Shown here one piece after another: positions 17,530 through 26,128 of a DNA stretch of 29,241 nt. Both the position numbers and the translations under genes were made by a program. A model generated the notes under the pieces. The model was given only the letters and a program-made list of their open reading frames with translations, searched no databases and was not told where the DNA came from. This DNA is from Acidilobaceae archaeon (GTDB lineage: Archaea > Thermoproteota > Thermoprotei_A > Sulfolobales > Acidilobaceae). Location of the stretch: contig JAWBBK010000001.1 of assembly GCA_038824665.1 (NCBI GenBank), forward strand, positions 476,410-505,650, in the 5' to 3' direction. How positions within the stretch are numbered: position 1 is the stretch's first letter; each line of letters opens with the position of its first letter.

Positions 17530-19332
17530 GTGGAGCTAGTAGTCCCTCCCTCTATGAAGTACAACGTCGTAGCTCCTGAAGAATATATCAAGATCCAGAG
17601 AGAGACGATCGCAAACCTTGAGAGCTTTTGGGCTTCTCAAGCTCTTCAGCTATCGTGGAAAAAGCTGTGGGACAAAGTCTTAACTGGTAACGGACCTAGA
17701 GCTAGATGGTTTGAAGGAGGAACTCTCAGCCCTTATTTTAACGTAGTCGGAAAACACGCTTTAGGAGAAACGGCTAACAAGCCGGCTTTGATAGAGGAAG
17801 ACGAAGAAGGAACGTCATTTATAGCGAGCTATAGAGAGCTCGATCTTTTTGCAAGATCTATCGCCAAGACTTTTCGAGAACTAGGAGTTTCCTCTAGAGA
17901 CTGGGTTCTGATCTATGCACCTTCATCTATCGAAGCTGTGTCCACAGCTCTCGCATCTATGATGCTAGGAGCTCCTGTAGAGTTTGTCTTCACAGGATTT
18001 GGTTGGTGGGAGTTAAGAAGAAGGATTAAGAACAGAAGACCTAAAGCAATCGTAGCCTTCGATTCCCTGACCAGAAGAGGAAAGAGAATAAGTCTCTTAG
18101 AGAACTTGAAGAGAGCTCTCGAAAACGTTGACGTAAAGCCTGAGGTCTTTGTAGTCGAGAAGTTGAGATCTTCTCCAAAAGAGTGGAGAAGTTTCGACGA
18201 GCTCCTCGAAAAAACTTCGCTAACTGAAGAGAGCGTTGTAGAGTCCTCTCATCCTCTTCTAGGATTTCATATAGGATACGAAGAGAGCTTTAAGCCTCTA
18301 ACTCACGGAGTTGGAGGCTACTTAACTCAAACGGTTTCAATCACTCGCTGGCTTGGTCTCAGGTCTAGAGACACTTTGTTCTGTACGGTAGGACTAGGAT
18401 GGATAACGGCTGTCTCTCACTGCTTTATAGGAGCTCTATCCGTCGGATCGACGATACTTGTGTATACAGGAGCTCCAGACTATCCTGATTGGGGACGTTG
18501 GCTCGAGCTGATCGACTACTACTCCGCTACGGTCTTTTTGACTACAAGTTCTGCTCTCAGACTGATCTTAAAGAAAACTGATGTGAAAGATCGCGAGCTA
18601 GACTCACTTAAAATGATCGTTACAACAGGCGAGCCTATGGAGGAAAGCCTTTGGTGGAACGCTTATCTAAAGCTTGGTTCAGGGTCTTCGCCTCTCATAG
18701 ACTCAATCCCTAGTAAAACAGGAAGGATCCCTGTCTTCAATATGTACATCCAAACAGAGATAGGGAGCTTCGCTACAGGAAATCTGCCAAGTTCCGCTTT
18801 CGCTCCTATAGCTCCAGGTTCAGCAGGTCTTCCGTTGCTAGGACTTGCTGTAGATGTGACCGATGAGAGCTGTGCTTCTCTAAGAGGAGAATGGGGAAGG
18901 CTGGTCTTGAGAAAGCCTTGGCCTGCTCTCCCTGTAGAGAGTCCTGAAGAGTTTGAGAGAAGCTGGAACGGAGATTGCTACGATACTGGAGATCGCGCTT
19001 TAATGAACGAACTAGGCTATATCTATATCAAAGGAAGAAGAGATACAGTCATAAAAGCTAGCGGTTACAGACTCAGCCCAGGAGCCATAGAGTTCGCTCT
19101 CGAAGAGATCGGAGTTACGAGAAGAGCCGTGGTTTTCGGAGTTCCTGATGAAGAGAGGTTTGAGGTCATAGCTGTAGCTACAGAAGGCGGTGAGCCTTCT
19201 TCTATAAAGAAGGCAGTTAGAGAGCTCATAGGACCTATAGCTGAGCCCTCTCTAGTCCTCCAGCTAGAGGAATTCAAGGGTGATAAGAAATCGCTACGGA
19301 GAGAGCTGAGAGAAAAAAGTGTAATGAGGTAG
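17530..19332 (+). CDS. Divergent AMP-forming acetyl-CoA synthetase-like (ANL superfamily) protein
   Basis: ACS-like FW...A..L.W, WFEGG.L, VFTGF, GWIT, QTEIG, YDTGD and GRRDTVIKASGYRL; the P-loop and C-terminal Lys motif are degenerate. Confidence 0.8.
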   Translation: MELVVPPSMKYNVVAPEEYIKIQRETIANLESFWASQALQLSWKKLWDKVLTGNGPRARWFEGGTLSPYFNVVGKHALGETANKPALIEEDEEGTSFIASYRELDLFARSIAKTFRELGVSSRDWVLIYAPSSIEAVSTALASMMLGAPVEFVFTGFGWWELRRRIKNRRPKAIVAFDSLTRRGKRISLLENLKRALENVDVKPEVFVVEKLRSSPKEWRSFDELLEKTSLTEESVVESSHPLLGFHIGYEESFKPLTHGVGGYLTQTVSITRWLGLRSRDTLFCTVGLGWITAVSHCFIGALSVGSTILVYTGAPDYPDWGRWLELIDYYSATVFLTTSSALRLILKKTDVKDRELDSLKMIVTTGEPMEESLWWNAYLKLGSGSSPLIDSIPSKTGRIPVFNMYIQTEIGSFATGNLPSSAFAPIAPGSAGLPLLGLAVDVTDESCASLRGEWGRLVLRKPWPALPVESPEEFERSWNGDCYDTGDRALMNELGYIYIKGRRDTVIKASGYRLSPGAIEFALEEIGVTRRAVVFGVPDEERFEVIAVATEGGEPSSIKKAVRELIGPIAEPSLVLQLEEFKGDKKSLRRELREKSVMR

Positions 19333-19859
19333 TTCTAGTCGGCGTTGGGAACAAACTCTTCAGTGATGACGGTATTGGGAGCTGTTTAGCTGAAGCTGTC
19401 TCTAAATGTCATAAAGACTTCGAAATAAGGGTTTATGAAACTCTAGGGCTCTGGGAATTAGATGTCTTTCAAAACAAGAAGCTCGTGATATTTGTAGATG
19501 CCGTTAGCGAAGAATTCGAAGCTCCTAAGGTGATGAAGGTAGAAAGCAAAGGTCTCAGCACAGAGGAGCTAGCTATAATAGCTAGCTCTATAGACCCTCA
19601 TGACGTAGCTCCTTCAACTCTCGCTCTTATCGCTTTAGCTAGCGGAACTCTAAAAGGAGACTGTTACATCATCGGAGTTCCCATTGAGAGTTTAGAACTC
19701 GGCTTTAGAGTTTCTCAGAAAGCTCTAAACGGAGCCTTAGCGTCTTTGAAGTACGTAGAGCTTCTCTTAGAAAAATATGGTTGTAAAGTCGAGTTAAACA
19801 AAGCCTGTATAGAAAAAGAGATAGAAGAGAGTTGTAGAAATCAGAGCATAGCAATATAA
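19290..19859 (+). CDS. Hydrogenase maturation endopeptidase (HycI/HybD/HoxM family)
   Basis: In frame upstream of the ORF-track start (19485) lies VVLVGVGNKLFSDDGIG, followed by VIFVDA and DPH. No ATG/GTG/TTG between the in-frame stops at 19281-19286 and this motif; ATC 19290 follows AGGGTGAT. Confidence 0.85.
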   Translation: MATERAERKKCNEVVLVGVGNKLFSDDGIGSCLAEAVSKCHKDFEIRVYETLGLWELDVFQNKKLVIFVDAVSEEFEAPKVMKVESKGLSTEELAIIASSIDPHDVAPSTLALIALASGTLKGDCYIIGVPIESLELGFRVSQKALNGALASLKYVELLLEKYGCKVELNKACIEKEIEESCRNQSIAI

Positions 19860-19889
19860 TTAGGCTGAACGAAAACCAGTGATAAGGCT

Positions 19890-20639
19890 ATGGTGTTGGT
19901 AGTGAGCATAATAAGAGCTGTGTGTGAACAAGACGAGTACTGCTACGTAGAGCTGTGGAGCTTCACAGAATCCCTCAAAGAGCTCGATAGAAAGCTTGAT
20001 GACATTAAAATAGAAGGATCTCTAGGAGTTTCTGCTCCGATAGCTGTTAGCGTTCCCGAAGAGACTCTAAGCGAGATGAGCGATAAGCTTTTCGAAGCTC
20101 TTAGAGACCTAGGCTATGATGTAGATAAAGAAAGCGTAGAAAAAGGGGCTAGAGGCTATTACTCACCTGAAGACCAAGCTTCCTCTTTTGCCTCTTTTGC
20201 TTTCAAAAGACTGCTTTACAAAGTCTCAAAGAGTTCTCAACATCAGCTTCTTTCTAAGCCTTGGACCGAAACCCGTTGTCCCGTTTGTGGTCTCGTACCT
20301 ATCGCATCTATTGAAGAGTTTGAAGATGAAAAAGCTCCAAAAGTTAGATATAAATGTATGTGTGGTAACTCCTGGGAGTTCGATCACTTCGTGTGTCCAA
20401 ACTGTAAAAACGATAGAGCTGAAGACTTTGAAATACAACATGTAGGAAGAGTGCCTGTATACATCTGTAAGAAATGCGGTCACTTAGTTTTAATGGCTAA
20501 CTCTAAAGACATAGTCTCTCCAGGAGATGAAGAGGTATTGCCAATAGTAGCCGCTATCGCTATAAACGCTATGATGAGTTCTGAAGAAGAGGAAGACTTT
20601 ATAGAATCTCCTGAAGGAGATGAACACGACGAGACTTAG
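19890..20639 (+). CDS. FdhE-like Cys-rich accessory protein
   Basis: CPVCG, CMCG, CPNC and CKKC pattern as in the FdhE C-terminal half; acidic tail. Confidence 0.7.
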   Translation: MVLVVSIIRAVCEQDEYCYVELWSFTESLKELDRKLDDIKIEGSLGVSAPIAVSVPEETLSEMSDKLFEALRDLGYDVDKESVEKGARGYYSPEDQASSFASFAFKRLLYKVSKSSQHQLLSKPWTETRCPVCGLVPIASIEEFEDEKAPKVRYKCMCGNSWEFDHFVCPNCKNDRAEDFEIQHVGRVPVYICKKCGHLVLMANSKDIVSPGDEEVLPIVAAIAINAMMSSEEEEDFIESPEGDEHDET

Positions 20640-20673
20640 CTCTAAGCTCCAATAGGTAGGAAACGCGTAAACT

Positions 20674-21708
20674 CTAAAGGTAGTATTTATCTTCTTCATG
20701 CTCTTTTATCGGTAACCTAGGAAGAGGTTCTTTCTTAACTTCTCTAGCGAGCTTCCAGGCTACATACTTAGTCAAAGCTCTAGGCGTAAGTCTGGAAAGT
20801 AATCCTATTAAGAACGGGATCTTGAGCTTAGCTCCAGCGGCTCTTGGATGTCCTCCTCCTCCTAATCTTCGAGAGAGAGCTTGAACGTCAACTGTTCTGC
20901 TACGTAAAGACAAACCCCCGTTAGGTCTGACTACACAAACCACGTCTGCTGAATACCTAGCCATAAGTATAGCAGCAAGTATTCCGTTTGCAGGAGGACC
21001 TTCGTCTTTAAGAACTACCGCTATCCGTATTCCATCGACTTCAGTTAAAGAGACTGTAGAAAGAGTTCTTTTCACGTTCTCTAGCTCCAACGATATGTAC
21101 TCTTCAAGTCTTGAAGCCAATTCCTCGTCCCAGAGAACGCCGCTGACCAGTTTCTCCAAGACTTTGAGCTTCCATTTATAGCTAGACTCCTTAGCTCCTA
21201 CGGCTCTAAACAGCTTAGGAGAGTAAGGATTGTTCCACTTCCAAAGGTCTGCAGAACATACAACATCTACAAGGTTTTTGATGTAATCATCAGCAGAGTT
21301 TTGCCATAAAGAGGATGCATATTTAGCGACTACTCCCGTAGCGCAAGTGGTTCTATCTATAAACAGATTGACTCCAAGCTTTCTGAGCGCTTCTATTTCG
21401 CTATTGTTCCAGACGTGATGGTCGTACCACTCTATCCTAACCCCTTTGCTGATTAGTGAGGAAACGGAGTCGAGAAGTTCTCTCCAGTGCTCTGGATTGG
21501 TCCCTAGGTCGCTTACCGCTATGCAGTCGTTTCGAGAGACATGTTCAATAAGATTAGAGAATACTAAGTGTAACTCGTAGGGTTCTGCAAACGCTACTGT
21601 AGCGTCGTAACCAAGCTTTCTTTCAGCTATTCTAAGGAGCGTTGCTGCTGCTCCAACTCCGTCTAAATCTGTATGAGTTACTATGAAGAGATGATTGCAT
21701 TTACTCAT
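20674..21708 (-). CDS. DHH/DHHA1 family phosphoesterase
   Basis: THTDLDG, SDLG, YDHH, SLRSR and GGGGHPRAAG motifs. Confidence 0.92.
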   Translation of the reverse strand: MSKCNHLFIVTHTDLDGVGAAATLLRIAERKLGYDATVAFAEPYELHLVFSNLIEHVSRNDCIAVSDLGTNPEHWRELLDSVSSLISKGVRIEWYDHHVWNNSEIEALRKLGVNLFIDRTTCATGVVAKYASSLWQNSADDYIKNLVDVVCSADLWKWNNPYSPKLFRAVGAKESSYKWKLKVLEKLVSGVLWDEELASRLEEYISLELENVKRTLSTVSLTEVDGIRIAVVLKDEGPPANGILAAILMARYSADVVCVVRPNGGLSLRSRTVDVQALSRRLGGGGHPRAAGAKLKIPFLIGLLSRLTPRALTKYVAWKLAREVKKEPLPRLPIKEHEEDKYYL

Positions 21709-22238
21709 CTAGACTCCCCTAGAGTTTCAGAGAAAGCTTTTCTAAGAATAGACCAAGTGTCTGAAAGAAGCTGAGGCATAACCTTAGTCTTCCCCACCAC
21801 GACCATGAAGTTAGAATCTCCGAACCACCTAGGTACTACATGAAGATGGAAATGACCAGGAACGCCTGCACCAGCTACTTCTCCTATGTTAGCTCCTACA
21901 TTAAAGCCATGAGGTCCAAACGCTTTTTTAAGAGCCTTCACGCTTATCGCTAATAGCTCGAAGATCTCGATAGCCTCTTCTTTAGAGAGGTCTTCAGGTG
22001 ATGCTATATGGCGATATGGAGCGATCATGATGTGTCCTGTGTTGTAGGGATACTTGTTTAAGATCGTATAAGCTAATCTGCCTCTATACACTATCAAAGC
22101 TTCCTCATCACTAAGACGTGGAGCACTACAAAAGATACACTCTCTGTTCTCACTCTTACCTGCAGACCTAGCTACATCTTGAACGTAAGCGAGTCTCCAC
22201 GGAGCCCAAAGCACTTCGATACAAGGCTTTTCTGTCAA
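21705..22238 (-). CDS. HIT family hydrolase (Fhit/Ap4A hydrolase or phosphorylase-like)
   Basis: LWAPWR, CIFC, LNKYPYNTGH and AGAGVPGHFHLHVVPRW.GDSNF; ATGA overlap with the DHH gene. Confidence 0.93.
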   Translation of the reverse strand: MTEKPCIEVLWAPWRLAYVQDVARSAGKSENRECIFCSAPRLSDEEALIVYRGRLAYTILNKYPYNTGHIMIAPYRHIASPEDLSKEEAIEIFELLAISVKALKKAFGPHGFNVGANIGEVAGAGVPGHFHLHVVPRWFGDSNFMVVVGKTKVMPQLLSDTWSILRKAFSETLGESR

Positions 22239-22334
22239 CTGTTCTCCACACCTCTAAGCTATCTTCAACTCTCTCATCGGAAATTAATAAGATTCAAGAA
22301 GAAGCTACAGGTCGTTTCCTCTTACTGTTGAGGT

Positions 22335-22386
22335 CTGTCAGGTCCCCACTCTTCATCTATCAGTCTTCGGCAAACTCTTCATCCCT
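22335..22386 (-). ncRNA. Box C/D methylation guide sRNA candidate
   Basis: Minus strand: GG-ATGAAGA-gtttgccgaaga-CTGA-tag-ATGAAGA-gtggggac-CTGA, i.e. C, D', C', D boxes in about 50 nt of the ftsY-HIT intergenic gap. Confidence 0.75.
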
Positions 22387-22440
22387 ATAGAGCGTAGCCG
22401 AAGGAGCCTAATAGAGTTCTGTCGCGCTGAGGCTTACGAG

Positions 22441-23352
22441 CTAGTCAAGACCTCGCAAAAGCTGTTCTATAAACTCTTTAGAGTTGAAAGGCTTAAGGTC
22501 TTCATAGCTCTGACCTACTCCCAGATATAATATCGGCTTGTTTATAGTCGCTACCACAGATATCACGACACCGCCTTTGGGATCAGCGTCAGCTTTAGCT
22601 ACTATCACTCCATCAACTCCTACTCCTTCATTAAAAGCTCTAGCCTGTTCTACAGCGTCGTTTCCAGTCAGGGAGTCTACGACGAGCACTTTTAAGTTAG
22701 GTTTGACCACTCTCACGACTTTTCTAAGCTCTTGCATTAAGTCTTCATCTACATGAAGCCTTCCAGCTGTATCCGCTAAAACAACACATAGCCCTCTAGA
22801 CCTAGCGAAGCCTATAGCGTCTACCACAACGCTAGCAGGGTCAGCTCCGTATCTCCCTTTAACTATTGGAACTCCTATTCTTTCTGCATGAACTGCCAAC
22901 TGTTCTTGAGCTCCAGCTCTGAATGTATCAGCAGCTGCTATCACGGGCCTAAGGCCTTTAGACTTCATCATATAAGCTATTTTGGCTATTGTCGTAGTTT
23001 TTCCGACGCCGTTGACTCCGAAGAAAACTATAGTGTAAAGAGACCTAGAAGAACATGCCTTAGCGCACTCCTCTAAGATGTTGATGGACTCAATGGAGAA
23101 CAGTCTCTCTAGCTCTCTTCTCAAAACGTCTACGACTGCAGACTCTGGTTCTCCAAATCTCTGAACTCTAACTTCGCGTAACTTCATAGCTACTCTTTCA
23201 GCTATGAGTTCTGAGACATCTAGCGCAACATCTGCTTCAACAAGCTTTAAGATTAAGTCTTTGCGAATCTCTTCGATCTCTTCATCTGAAAGGCTTCTAT
23301 ACTTGACTCTTTCTACCAGCTCTGAGAAGACCTTCCTGACTCTGTCGAACAC
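22441..23352 (-). CDS. ftsY: SRP receptor FtsY
   Basis: GVNGVGKTTTIAK, DTFRAGAQEQL, DTAGR, DSLTGND and K.D.D.KGG motifs. Confidence 0.98.
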   Translation of the reverse strand: MFDRVRKVFSELVERVKYRSLSDEEIEEIRKDLILKLVEADVALDVSELIAERVAMKLREVRVQRFGEPESAVVDVLRRELERLFSIESINILEECAKACSSRSLYTIVFFGVNGVGKTTTIAKIAYMMKSKGLRPVIAAADTFRAGAQEQLAVHAERIGVPIVKGRYGADPASVVVDAIGFARSRGLCVVLADTAGRLHVDEDLMQELRKVVRVVKPNLKVLVVDSLTGNDAVEQARAFNEGVGVDGVIVAKADADPKGGVVISVVATINKPILYLGVGQSYEDLKPFNSKEFIEQLLRGLD

Positions 23353-23801
23353 TACTTCTTCCTCTCTGCTTGAGAAGCTGTGAGCTGTTGAAGAAGTAAA
23401 GAGTAGTTGTTATATAGAGAGACCAATTGTGAAAGAGTTTTAGAAACAGCCTCGATGCTCTTCTCTATCTTAGCTCTCCTCCCTTCTAAAACCTTTACAG
23501 CCTGGTCTATAGAGAGTCTTGCATAAATGTTGAAACCTAAGAAGACTAACGCTTTTCCTTTCTCTATAGAAGTTGCTGTAAGCGCTGCATTATATTTAGG
23601 GTCTAAAAATATAGTCAGTTGTTCTCCTGCTTCACTCATACTCTTTAATCCAGCGATAGCTCTTTCAAGGCTCTCCTTTTCTTCTACCAATTTTCTTAAG
23701 TTGTTTGTCATCAGCTCTATGCGTTCTCTCAAGACTTCTATGTTTAGAAGTAAAGTCCTTATGTCCTCTTCTAGTCTCTTCGAGTCTAAATGAGAACTCA
23801 A
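23352..23801 (-). CDS. pfdA: Prefoldin subunit alpha
   Basis: Coiled coil/beta-hairpin/coiled coil with V.LG.NIY; conserved position between rpl18a and ftsY. Confidence 0.85.
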   Translation of the reverse strand: MSSHLDSKRLEEDIRTLLLNIEVLRERIELMTNNLRKLVEEKESLERAIAGLKSMSEAGEQLTIFLDPKYNAALTATSIEKGKALVFLGFNIYARLSIDQAVKVLEGRRAKIEKSIEAVSKTLSQLVSLYNNYSLLLQQLTASQAERKK

Positions 23802-23807
23802 AGCACG

Positions 23808-24068
23808 CTACACCACTATCCTATCTAATAGCGGTAGTTTGATGATGTTCTTGTCTTCAACTTCCGTTATCGGTATCTCGACCACTCTTTCTATATTTAT
23901 ATGGCTTCTCTTTAACTTGTGTTTGCTACCTAGCTCTGAGTAAACCAGCTCTAGAGCATGCTCTGGTTTCAGAGCTCTAACGTATTTTCTGAACTTTCTC
24001 CACTCAGGGTTTTTATCGTGAGCTACGAGCATATACCCTTCAACTAAATAGACCTTCACCTCGTTCAT
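23808..24068 (-). CDS. rpl18a: 50S ribosomal protein L18Ae (LX/eL20)
   Basis: FRKYVRALKPEHALELVYSELGSKHKLKR. Confidence 0.95.
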   Translation of the reverse strand: MNEVKVYLVEGYMLVAHDKNPEWRKFRKYVRALKPEHALELVYSELGSKHKLKRSHINIERVVEIPITEVEDKNIIKLPLLDRIVV

Positions 24069-24752
24069 TTATCTACCCCCCAGAGCTGTCTGAATCCTCA
24101 GCACCTCTGGACCCGTAGTCTCAGAGCCTACCAAAGCTCCTTTGGAGTTTGCAACTAATCCTGCTCTTATAAAAGATACTCCGAAGTTCACCGTAGCCGA
24201 TACTATTGGAACTCCAAAAAACTTCTCTAACTCTTTTATCTCGTCTTCCGATACTTCAGGACAGACTACTCCTCCTCTATTCGTTACCACCAACACCGAG
24301 CCTACTACGTTAAACCCTCCAACGCTTGCTCTTCTAACCTCAACCCCTAAAGCGTCTGCTATTGCTTCAACTAAATCGTCATTAAAGAAAGGATATACTA
24401 GAGCTGCTTTATCGTTAGCGCTTATCAGGTTTCCTAGAGCGTTCTCCACGGAGTCTAGGAGCACTATATTGATATCGCCTAGCTCTTTCCTTATCTTAGC
24501 GACCTCTTCTTCTGGAACTCCTTTAGGTAAGACGAGACCGTTGCTATTACCTCCTGCGAAGACTCCAATAAGTTTGGTGTTGAAGAGCGTAGTCTTAACG
24601 ATCTTATCCACCTTAAGCACGTTTTTCACTAGCTGTTCTTCTTCTTCAGTGAAAGTAGGAGGAACAAGAGCGTAACTGTCTGTAGCGTGTACATAAACGC
24701 CTATGTTTGGATTACCTTCTATACTCATTTTAACGATCTCAAAACTACTCAT
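24069..24752 (-). CDS. eif6: Translation initiation factor 6 (aIF6)
   Basis: GNPNIGV, ALGNLI.AND, TVN.G and G..TTGPE motifs. Confidence 0.97.
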   Translation of the reverse strand: MSSFEIVKMSIEGNPNIGVYVHATDSYALVPPTFTEEEEQLVKNVLKVDKIVKTTLFNTKLIGVFAGGNSNGLVLPKGVPEEEVAKIRKELGDINIVLLDSVENALGNLISANDKAALVYPFFNDDLVEAIADALGVEVRRASVGGFNVVGSVLVVTNRGGVVCPEVSEDEIKELEKFFGVPIVSATVNFGVSFIRAGLVANSKGALVGSETTGPEVLRIQTALGGR

Positions 24753-24774
24753 GATCTGAAGAGCCCTCCTCTGA

Positions 24775-25086
24775 TTAACTGAGAGGCCCGGGTCGAAGGT
24801 TTTCAGGAGCCAGCTTAACTAATGCCACCTTAACTGGACTCTCTCCTTCTCCCTTCTCTTCTCTTACCTCTACGAGAACCTTGAGTCTTGCTGGAGGTTT
24901 CTCTCTACCTCTAGACCAAATGACGTTGTTTACCTCGTTATAAACGATAACCTTATTCGCCTTAACGTGTCTAGATATGAAATCCTTCAGAAGCCTTACT
25001 GCTCTATCTGCTCTGTTTGATCTGCGTCCCCAATAAGTTCTACGTAGATTGACCACGTAAACTAACTGCTTTGAGGCTTTGCTCAT
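24775..25086 (-). CDS. rpl31e: 50S ribosomal protein L31e
   Basis: RA.RAV, FI.RH.K and N..IWSRG...PP motifs. Confidence 0.96.
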   Translation of the reverse strand: MSKASKQLVYVVNLRRTYWGRRSNRADRAVRLLKDFISRHVKANKVIVYNEVNNVIWSRGREKPPARLKVLVEVREEKGEGESPVKVALVKLAPENLRPGPLS

Positions 25087-25090
25087 AGCT

Positions 25091-25246
25091 CTACACCTTC
25101 AGCTTACTCCTTCTCCAGTGTCTGAGAGCTGGTCTCCAGGTGACCCTTCTTCTAGTTTTGGCTACAACCCATATAGGTATGGCTCTATTCGAATTCTGTG
25201 CTGCAGCTAGACGTAGCTTCTTGCCTAAAGGCTTATTTCTAGCCAT
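25091..25246 (-). CDS. rpl39e: 50S ribosomal protein L39e
   Basis: 51 aa [14 protein letters not shown]...IPIWV..KT...[10 protein letters not shown]; ATG at 25246 preceded by GAGGTGA (the ORF-track start at 25288 is over-extended). Confidence 0.96.
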   Translation of the reverse strand: MARNKPLGKKLRLAAAQNSNRAIPIWVVAKTRRRVTWRPALRHWRRSKLKV

Positions 25247-25256
25247 AAGCCTCACC

Positions 25257-25610
25257 TCATTTCCTCTTGAACGTGATCTTGTACTCACGTCTAGTCCTAC
25301 TATCTAGCTCAGCTAATAAGCTCTTGACGAATTCCTCGCCAACAGGAGGAGCTATCCTTCCTGAGGAAACTAACTGTATTATGTAGTTTTCCGCTAGCTC
25401 TACTAATTCGGGTCTCACAAGCTTAAGGTTCTCTAGTCTAGCTCTTGCCTCGCTTGTAAGAATAGATCTGAGTATAGCTTTCTTCTTCTCCTCTACTTCG
25501 AGTTTTCTTCTCTCCTCTTCAGCTCTTCTCTTTAGTTCTTCAAGCTTTCTCCTTTTGACTTCTTCTATCTCGAGAGCCTCAACCCCCTCCTCGTCTGGGA
25601 GATAGCTCAT
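25257..25610 (-). CDS. PDCD5/TFAR19-like dsDNA-binding protein
   Basis: [23 protein letters not shown]...AEN..IQL. Confidence 0.93.
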   Translation of the reverse strand: MSYLPDEEGVEALEIEEVKRRKLEELKRRAEEERRKLEVEEKKKAILRSILTSEARARLENLKLVRPELVELAENYIIQLVSSGRIAPPVGEEFVKSLLAELDSRTRREYKITFKRK

Positions 25611-25663
25611 AACTTACCCCCGGGAGTTCTCGTAGCAACGCTACCCTATAAAAACGAACAACT

Positions 25664-26125
25664 TCACAGATATCTGGCGAGCTCCCGACTCTCTTTGACC
25701 AGCTCTGTAGCTATCTCTCGCGCTACGTTATCTAAGAGGCTTCTACCAGCAGGAGTAAGCTTTCTGCCTTGACCAGGAACTTTAGATACTAGCCCTGCGC
25801 TTTCTAATTGCTGTAAGAGCTTTCTTATAGCTGAACCTCCGCTAGGTCTGAAGTGAGGTGGAGCTGTTCCTCGTCTCTGTCTACCTCCATAAATTATTCT
25901 AAAAGCTCCGACGCCTACGGGCTCTTCTGCTTTGTAGAGCTTTCTCAAAATCGATGCTGCTCTAAGATACCACCATTCAGAATCTTGAGGTGGTCTGGTT
26001 TTGTGAGGTCCTGTTTTTGCAAAGTAGGCCCAGTAAGGAGGCTTTATCTGAGGGTACTTCTCTTTCAGCAATACGGCTACTCTTTTTATCAGCAAGTTAG
26101 CCGGTACCCAGAGAGCTGAGACCAT
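25664..26125 (-). CDS. rps19e: 30S ribosomal protein S19e
   Basis: PP.WA.FAKTG, WWYLRAASILRKLY, YGG and LQQLE.AGLV motifs. Confidence 0.98.
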   Translation of the reverse strand: MVSALWVPANLLIKRVAVLLKEKYPQIKPPYWAYFAKTGPHKTRPPQDSEWWYLRAASILRKLYKAEEPVGVGAFRIIYGGRQRRGTAPPHFRPSGGSAIRKLLQQLESAGLVSKVPGQGRKLTPAGRSLLDNVAREIATELVKESRELARYL

Positions 26126-26128
26126 ACG

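Noticed and set aside
12692-20699. Short minus-strand or alternate-frame ORFs across the plus-strand operon (e.g. 13515-13952, 20188-20445)
   Set aside because: Wholly or largely overlap confidently identified genes
25247-25288. N-terminal extension of L39e in the ORF track
   Set aside because: It overlaps the upstream gene; the ATG at 25246 has a strong GAGGTGA SD and gives the typical 51-aa protein
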